A DNA stretch of 63,942 bases, filler included, from an uncultured Methanosarcinales archaeon (GTDB lineage: Archaea; Nanobdellota; Nanobdellia; Woesearchaeales; JABMPP01): NCBI GenBank assembly GCA_964604995.1. It is 3 parts of 3 records of this genome, joined end to end, with 100 filler letters (N's around TTAATTAATTAA, not from the genome) between each part and the next. Parts side by side here need not be neighbours in the genome. Positions count along the whole stretch, not along the records: positions 57,421 to 63,942 come from CAZSAD010000054.1; 2 more parts are not named here. One strand, written 5' to 3'. The position numbers were made by a program, and so were the translations under genes. How positions within the stretch are numbered: position 1 is the stretch's first letter; each line of letters opens with the position of its first letter. Under the pieces are notes generated by a model that was given only the letters and a program-made list of their open reading frames with translations, was not told where the DNA came from and did not search any database. This document shows, piece after piece, positions 58,104 to 63,942 of this stretch.

Positions 58104-60158
58104 ATGAATGGCAAAATAATCACAAATAGCAGTCAGCTCAAGAAATTTATGGCATTCATCTTCATAGTTTTAAGTATAAGTCTTTATTTTAATAAAAATC
58201 CAATTACAGGATACGCAATAGTTGAATCACAAGGATTCGATAGTGTTATTTCACTAGATGTTTCTGAAATGAAATACGAACTAATTACTGGTGAAACAAA
58301 AAAAGCAGTGTTTTATGCAAAAAATAATTTGGATAAACAAATCGAAGTGGAAGTGGGTGTAGCTGGCAAAGCAACTAATTTTGTTAACATTGAACAGAAA
58401 AAATATACATTGCAACCAAAAGAGAGTGTTCCAATAGAAATAAAATTAAGTTCAGCTCTTGAGGCAATACCTCAACTATATTTTGGAGATTTAGTTGTAT
58501 CTACCGAAGGAAAAAGTAAAGTTGTTTCTATGCAAATTCTAGTAAAGAAACGAATTCAAGATGCAATTGATTTGAATTTACAACTTCAAAAATCAATTTA
58601 TATTCCAGGTGAAGAAATACCTGTGCAATTAACTATCAAAAATACAGGCAATGAAAAAGCAGATTTGCAGCTTGATTTAAAATTATCAAAAGATAGTAAA
58701 GATATATTTAAAACAAGTGATGTACTTGAAGTAACTACTCAAAATGTTAAATCTTACACTGTAAAAATACCAACTGATGCTCAGAATGGTCAATACAATT
58801 TTAACTTGAAGGCTACTGTTAAAATGGGAAAACAGTACGCAATACTTGAAAAAAATACTCCAGTTGATATTGAATTGCCGATAATTCCCGAAATGCCAAG
58901 TCAAGCAACAAATAATTTTGCATGGTGGATAATTGCATCAATAATCTTTGCTGTTTTAATATTAACTGGTCAAGTGCTTTTACAGCAAGAAATAATTGAA
59001 CTTCCAAAAATAATAAAAATATTTGGCAAAAAATCAAAAGTTGGTGAAGAAGAAAAACATTTTATCAAAGAAAGATTTTGTTATTTAATAAATGAAAAAG
59101 GAACAAGGGCAAGCTATGAAACTTTAAGAATGTTGCATCATGAAGGTTATAGCACACTTTGTATAACTAGATTAAATCCTAAATTATTAGTTGAAGAAGT
59201 ACCAGAATTTAAGGATGCAAAAATATTTTGGTTAACTACTCAAGAAGGATCTGATAATTTAGGCCCAACAGATATTGAAGGAATATTTAATACAATTGAT
59301 AAATTTACACTGGAGCATGAAAAATCGGCTATACTTTTAGATGGTTTATCTTTCCTGTCATTAAATTGTGGTTTTAATCAAATAATGTTATTATTACAAT
59401 ATGTCAAAGATAAAGTTTCTACTAGACGAGGAATATTCATAGTTCCAATTAATACTAGCACTCTTAGTAAAAAAGAAATTGAGCAAATGGCAGAAGAAAT
59501 AACAATTCTTGATGGAGATAGAGAAATAATGCTTGAAATTTATAAACAAATTGAAAAAAAGCAGCAGGATTCAAAAGCAATAATACAAGTCTCTGAACAA
59601 CTTTTAATTTACATCAGGAAAGAGTTGCAGTCAGGATATAGCGCAAAACAAGTTTCAGATACTTTACTTAACCATGGGTGGCCAAAGCAGGTTATTGACA
59701 AAGCATTTGAGGTTATTACTGCTAGTATATATGGTGTTAGACCAATAAACAATTCTCCTAATAATTTCCCTAATAACTTATCAAATAATTTCGATAATAA
59801 TCCTAATAGTATAAATTATCCATCTAATACTAACCAAAGTTATAACTCTTATAGTTCTTCAAATGCTTATAATTTAGAGCAGGTGCAATTAAATCAAAAT
59901 GTCATTCAAGAAATAAATCAAAAATCTGAAATTGCAACAATTGATTTTCAAAAATTAAAAGAAGAATTTGATCAAGTAACTCAAATGGTAAATAAGCAGA
60001 TTAGTCTTGGAAAAAATACTGCAAAGCTAGATTTAGAAATTGCATTATTATCTGGAGATTTAGAAATTGCAGGTATTACTAATGATCAAAAAGATATTCA
60101 TAAAGTAAAAATAAAACTAGATGAAATAAAAAAACAATTAAACAAAGATTCACATTAA
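58104..60158 (+). CDS. membrane protein with extracellular Ig-like domains and cytoplasmic DUF835-like domain
   Basis: TM-ITGYAI, beta-rich region, TM, LCITRLNP, FWLT, ILLDGLSFL..GF. Confidence 0.75.
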   Translation: MNGKIITNSSQLKKFMAFIFIVLSISLYFNKNPITGYAIVESQGFDSVISLDVSEMKYELITGETKKAVFYAKNNLDKQIEVEVGVAGKATNFVNIEQKKYTLQPKESVPIEIKLSSALEAIPQLYFGDLVVSTEGKSKVVSMQILVKKRIQDAIDLNLQLQKSIYIPGEEIPVQLTIKNTGNEKADLQLDLKLSKDSKDIFKTSDVLEVTTQNVKSYTVKIPTDAQNGQYNFNLKATVKMGKQYAILEKNTPVDIELPIIPEMPSQATNNFAWWIIASIIFAVLILTGQVLLQQEIIELPKIIKIFGKKSKVGEEEKHFIKERFCYLINEKGTRASYETLRMLHHEGYSTLCITRLNPKLLVEEVPEFKDAKIFWLTTQEGSDNLGPTDIEGIFNTIDKFTLEHEKSAILLDGLSFLSLNCGFNQIMLLLQYVKDKVSTRRGIFIVPINTSTLSKKEIEQMAEEITILDGDREIMLEIYKQIEKKQQDSKAIIQVSEQLLIYIRKELQSGYSAKQVSDTLLNHGWPKQVIDKAFEVITASIYGVRPINNSPNNFPNNLSNNFDNNPNSINYPSNTNQSYNSYSSSNAYNLEQVQLNQNVIQEINQKSEIATIDFQKLKEEFDQVTQMVNKQISLGKNTAKLDLEIALLSGDLEIAGITNDQKDIHKVKIKLDEIKKQLNKDSH

Positions 60159-60296
60159 TAATTTTAGTGGTATCTTTAAAAAGTATAATTAAAAATAACT
60201 AAAAATTTAAAGTAAGTTATAGTAAGCTTTTGTGATAAGCTTTTTATTTAATGAAATTGATCAAATTAATATGTGTAAATATGGTTGGTGATTAAT

Positions 60297-61568
60297 ATGC
60301 TTGAACTAAAATTCATAAGAGAAAATACAGATTTAGTTAAAGAAAATTTACTTAAAAGAAAAGCAACAGATAAAATTCTTTTAGTTGATGAACTTTTATC
60401 AATTGATATTGAACACAGAAAACTCATGGGTCAAAGCCAGGATTTAAGGGCAAGAAAAAACAACCTTGCACAAGAAATTAATCAATTAAAAAAACAAGGC
60501 AAAGATATTAGTGTAACAATTAAAGAAGTTAAAGATATCCCAAATAAAATAAAAGAAATTGAAGATGAACAGAATAAAATTGCAGCAAGAATAAAAGATA
60601 TACTTTATCAAATTCCAAATCTGCTTCATGAAAGTGTTCCTTTTGGTGAAGGAGAAGAAGGAAATGTTGTTATTCGTGAAGTTGGAAAAAAAGTTGAATT
60701 TGACTTTGAACCTAAAAGTCATGTTGACTTTTTAAATGCAGGATTTGGAGATTTAGAAAGAGCAGCCAAAATTGCAGGAGCAAGATTTTATTATCTCAAA
60801 AAAGAGTTGGTTCTATTAGACTACGCACTACAAAGATTTGCACTAGATATGCTCTATAAAAAAAATTATACACTTATTGAAACTCCACTTATGATGAGAA
60901 AAGAAGCATATGAAGGTGTAACGGATTTAAAAGATTTTGAAGATGTAATGTATAAAATAGAAGGGGAAGATTTGTATCTTATTGCAACATCTGAGCATCC
61001 AATTGCAGCAATGTATATGAATGAAGTTTTAGAAGAAAAAGATTTACCCATTAAAGTTGCAGGAATCTCTCAATGTTTTAGAAAAGAAGCAGGTGCACAT
61101 GGTAAAGATCAAAAGGGAATTTTTAGAGTTCATAGATTTAATAAAATTGAACAGTTTATATTTTCAAAGCCAGAAGAGAGTTGGCAGTACCATGACGAGC
61201 TTTTGAAAAATTCAGAAGAAATTTATAAAAAACTCAAATTACCTTATAGGGTTGTCAATATATGTACTGGTGATATTGGTACAGTTGCAGCTAAAAAATA
61301 TGACATTGAAGTTTGGTATCCTGTACAAAAAGAATATCGTGAGGTTGCATCTATTTCAAATTGTACAACTTATCAAGCAACAAGGTTAAATATTAAATCT
61401 AGGGCACAAGAAGGTAATAAATTAATTCATACTTTAAATGGCACAGCAATTGCAACAACTAGAACAATGGTTGCAATAATTGAAAATTACCAGAATAAAG
61501 ATGGAAGTATAACCATTCCAACAGTGCTTGTGAAATATATGAATGGACTTAAGAAAATAAAACCTTAA
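60297..61568 (+). CDS. serS: seryl-tRNA synthetase
   Basis: LIATSEHP, FRKEAGAHGKD, FRVHRFNKIEQF, HTLNGTAIA. Confidence 0.97.
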   Translation: MLELKFIRENTDLVKENLLKRKATDKILLVDELLSIDIEHRKLMGQSQDLRARKNNLAQEINQLKKQGKDISVTIKEVKDIPNKIKEIEDEQNKIAARIKDILYQIPNLLHESVPFGEGEEGNVVIREVGKKVEFDFEPKSHVDFLNAGFGDLERAAKIAGARFYYLKKELVLLDYALQRFALDMLYKKNYTLIETPLMMRKEAYEGVTDLKDFEDVMYKIEGEDLYLIATSEHPIAAMYMNEVLEEKDLPIKVAGISQCFRKEAGAHGKDQKGIFRVHRFNKIEQFIFSKPEESWQYHDELLKNSEEIYKKLKLPYRVVNICTGDIGTVAAKKYDIEVWYPVQKEYREVASISNCTTYQATRLNIKSRAQEGNKLIHTLNGTAIATTRTMVAIIENYQNKDGSITIPTVLVKYMNGLKKIKP

Positions 61569-61693
61569 TTTTCTTTTCACTTCTTTTTTATAATTTGCTT
61601 AGTTCATTTAACCTATCTAATCTATCTAATTTATTTAATAACTTTCTTGAACTTTAAATAAACTTTAAAAGCAATAACAATTTTTTCTAGTGT

Positions 61694-62764
61694 ATGACAA
61701 TGTTTAAGGATATGCTTGGCAGTGGCGAGACGATTTTTAAGAATGATGTAGCTTTAGATTATGATTATATTCCTAAATTAATAAAATGCAGAGAAAAAGA
61801 GCAAAGAGCAATTGCTCTATGTATAAAACCACTTTTCGCAGAGAGAAATGCAAGAAATGCTATTGTTTTTGGAGCACCAGGTGTTGGAAAAACACTTGCT
61901 TGTAAATATCTTTTAGAAGAAATTGAAAACGAGACTGACGATGTGTATTCAGTTTATATTAATTGCTGGAAATTTGATACTTCTTATAAAATATTCATGG
62001 AAATATGCAATCTTTTAGGTTATAAATTTACTCAAAACAAGAAGACAGATGAACTATTTATTGAGATAGAAAAAATAATTAACAAAAAATCAACTGTTTT
62101 TATTTTTGATGAAATAGATAAAGCAAAAGACTACGATTTTTTATATTCTATTCTTGAAGACATTTTTAGAAAGAGTGTAATTTTGATAACTAATTATAAA
62201 AATTGGGTAATTGGTTTAGATGCAAGAATCAAATCGAGATTAACCCCTGAAGCAATTGAATTTTTACCTTATAATCCACAAGAAACTAAAGAAGTTCTTA
62301 ATCAAAGATTAGAATACGCATTCATTCCAGGAACTTGGGAGGATGATGCTTTTGAAATTGTTGTTAAAAAAACAGTAAGTGCTGGAGATGTAAGGCGAGG
62401 ATTATATTTAATGAAAGAAGCAGGAAACAGTGCTGAAGATGAGAGCTCAAGAAAAATTACAATAAAACATGTTGAAAAAGCAATTTCTAAGATAGAAGAT
62501 TTTTCAGTTAATGACAAAGAGGAATTAAGTGAAGATTTGAAAAAACTTCTTTTGTTAATTAAAGATAATTCTGGAAAGAAAATTGGTGATCTTTACAAAA
62601 TTTATCAATCAAATGCAGGCACTGAAAACTACAAATGGTTCCAAAGAAAGATAGCTAAACTCGAAGAAGGCCGATTTATAACAACTAAAAAAATAACAGG
62701 CGGAGCTGATGGTACAACAACGATGATTGAATATTCTCAAGCAAAAAAATTAACAGATTTTTAA
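61694..62764 (+). CDS. cdc6: Cdc6/Orc1-family AAA+ protein
   Basis: LDYDYIP, GAPGVGKT, YINCW, FDEID, GDVRRG, C-terminal wH. Confidence 0.85.
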   Translation: MTMFKDMLGSGETIFKNDVALDYDYIPKLIKCREKEQRAIALCIKPLFAERNARNAIVFGAPGVGKTLACKYLLEEIENETDDVYSVYINCWKFDTSYKIFMEICNLLGYKFTQNKKTDELFIEIEKIINKKSTVFIFDEIDKAKDYDFLYSILEDIFRKSVILITNYKNWVIGLDARIKSRLTPEAIEFLPYNPQETKEVLNQRLEYAFIPGTWEDDAFEIVVKKTVSAGDVRRGLYLMKEAGNSAEDESSRKITIKHVEKAISKIEDFSVNDKEELSEDLKKLLLLIKDNSGKKIGDLYKIYQSNAGTENYKWFQRKIAKLEEGRFITTKKITGGADGTTTMIEYSQAKKLTDF

Positions 62765-62864
62765 TTTTTGTTTGATATTGTACTTATCTTAAAAATATTT
62801 TATCTTAAAATGTCAGAATTTTCCACCAGTTTGTAACTAATGGCAGGAAAACCAATCAATTTTA

Positions 62865-62950
62865 ATGCATCAAGAAAATTCTGAGCATGCTCAAGAACTA
62901 CATAACTGTGAAATATTTACATTTCATTCCACTAGTCTTTGATCAGTGGT
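62865..62950. repeat. cluster of short palindromes between convergent genes
   Basis: TGAGCATGCTCA (62882-62893), TGAAAT..ATTTCA, CCACT..AGTGG. Confidence 0.5.
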
Positions 62951-63001
62951 TCTTGACATCTTTATAGAATTTACCCATATAAACCTAATTTATAAAACTA
63001 A

Positions 63002-63844
63002 TTATCCCCATTTTTCTACTTTTATTCTTTCAGTTGGAATATTTAATTCTTTTAGTATATCTATCATGGATGTAACCATCTCCTTTGGTCCACATGTATA
63101 AAATAAGCAATCTTCTAACATTCCAACTTGATCAATTATCATCTGTTTGTCAATTCTACCAATATTTCCATGCCAAGAATCATCTTTTGGTCTTGTTAAG
63201 GTAAATACTAATACTAAATCATTATTATTTTTATTTATTAAATCCTTATCTTTTGTATTGTTATCTTTATCTTTCTTTTGTTTTGTTAATTTTTCAAATT
63301 CATCTTCAAATAAAATATCATTTGATGTTTTATTACTATAAATTAAAATTATTTTTTGATTGTCATCTTGCTTATTGTTAATGGTATGATCATAATTAGA
63401 GTTATTATTATTGTTACTATCATTATTATCTTCTTTATTATCTCTATTTTGTGAAAAATCTCTAATCATGCTTCTAAAAGGAGTAATTCCAGATCCACCT
63501 GCTAACATAACATGCGTTTTTTTGTGATTTTTATCAAAAATAAAATGGCCAAATGGCCCAGTTATTTTGAATTTATCATTTGGTTTTGATAAGCAAATTT
63601 TGTTACTCATTATTCCTTGATTTTTTATTACAATTTCTAAATTTTCATCTCGTGGACTTGAAGATATGCTATAAGATCTTATTAATTTTGAAGGTTCATT
63701 ATTTGGTTCAATTGTTTGCATTGTAATAAATTGACCTGCCTTAAAATCAAATCCATGCGGTTTTGAAATTACTAAAAGAAATATTTGTGAAGTTAAATTT
63801 TTAATTTCCTTTAATTCCACTATATATTGAGTTGGTTTTGACAT
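63002..63844 (-). CDS. ferredoxin-NADP reductase-like FAD/NAD(P) oxidoreductase
   Basis: FKAGQF, RSYSISS, GPFGHF, AGGSGITPF, CGPKEM. Confidence 0.9.
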   Translation of the reverse strand: MSKPTQYIVELKEIKNLTSQIFLLVISKPHGFDFKAGQFITMQTIEPNNEPSKLIRSYSISSSPRDENLEIVIKNQGIMSNKICLSKPNDKFKITGPFGHFIFDKNHKKTHVMLAGGSGITPFRSMIRDFSQNRDNKEDNNDSNNNNNSNYDHTINNKQDDNQKIILIYSNKTSNDILFEDEFEKLTKQKKDKDNNTKDKDLINKNNNDLVLVFTLTRPKDDSWHGNIGRIDKQMIIDQVGMLEDCLFYTCGPKEMVTSMIDILKELNIPTERIKVEKWG

Positions 63845-63942
63845 ATTCTAAGCTTACTTTTTATTATACTTTTTTAGGGTATGCTATTGTTATACTTTCT
63901 ATATGATTAATACATTTTTAATTGTATTATAAATTTTGGCTT

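Noticed and set aside
61569..63001. Replication origin beside cdc6
   Set aside because: No recognisable ORB repeats with G-strings in either flank
1248..63341. Numerous short antisense or nested ORFs within long genes (e.g. 3933-4415, 27106-27969, 33754-34065)
   Set aside because: Overlap well-supported genes, lack motifs and RBS; expected shadow ORFs

Overview
AT-rich archaeal DNA, most consistent with a DPANN lineage such as Woesearchaeota (inferred from Cdc6/Orc1, type II MetAP, a BHB-intron tRNA, TATA-box promoters and GGGGTG-type RBS). The window is three contigs joined by artificial N-TTAATTAATTAA-N linkers (28799-28898, 57321-57420), so adjacency across them is not evidence. Contig 1 is an accessory region downstream of tRNA-Arg(GCG). 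It begins with a defence block (LigD phosphoesterase, small HNH, type I R-M with a Shedu/DUF4263-like nuclease between hsdM and hsdS) ending at a degenerate copy of the tRNA 3' end. A Fic / MNT-HEPN hotspot with scars of duplicated gene ends follows. It ends with about 17 kb of co-oriented genes: three exported proteins with five DUF3494 ice-binding domains, a DUF4382 duplication, ElaB/YqjD- and YqjE-like membrane proteins and many tiny peptides. Contig 2 starts with a LAGLIDADG-like ORF whose stop lies inside an intron-containing tRNA-Arg(TCG), followed by 109-bp tandem hairpin repeats. It then carries housekeeping genes (ppsA, two degenerate HIT proteins, RlmD/TrmA, parvulin, LemA/TPM, map) and an unassigned GC-rich structured ncRNA candidate (42870-43106). 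Contig 3 holds serS, cdc6 and an FNR-like reductase. All family calls are from motif recognition by eye; no searches were run.
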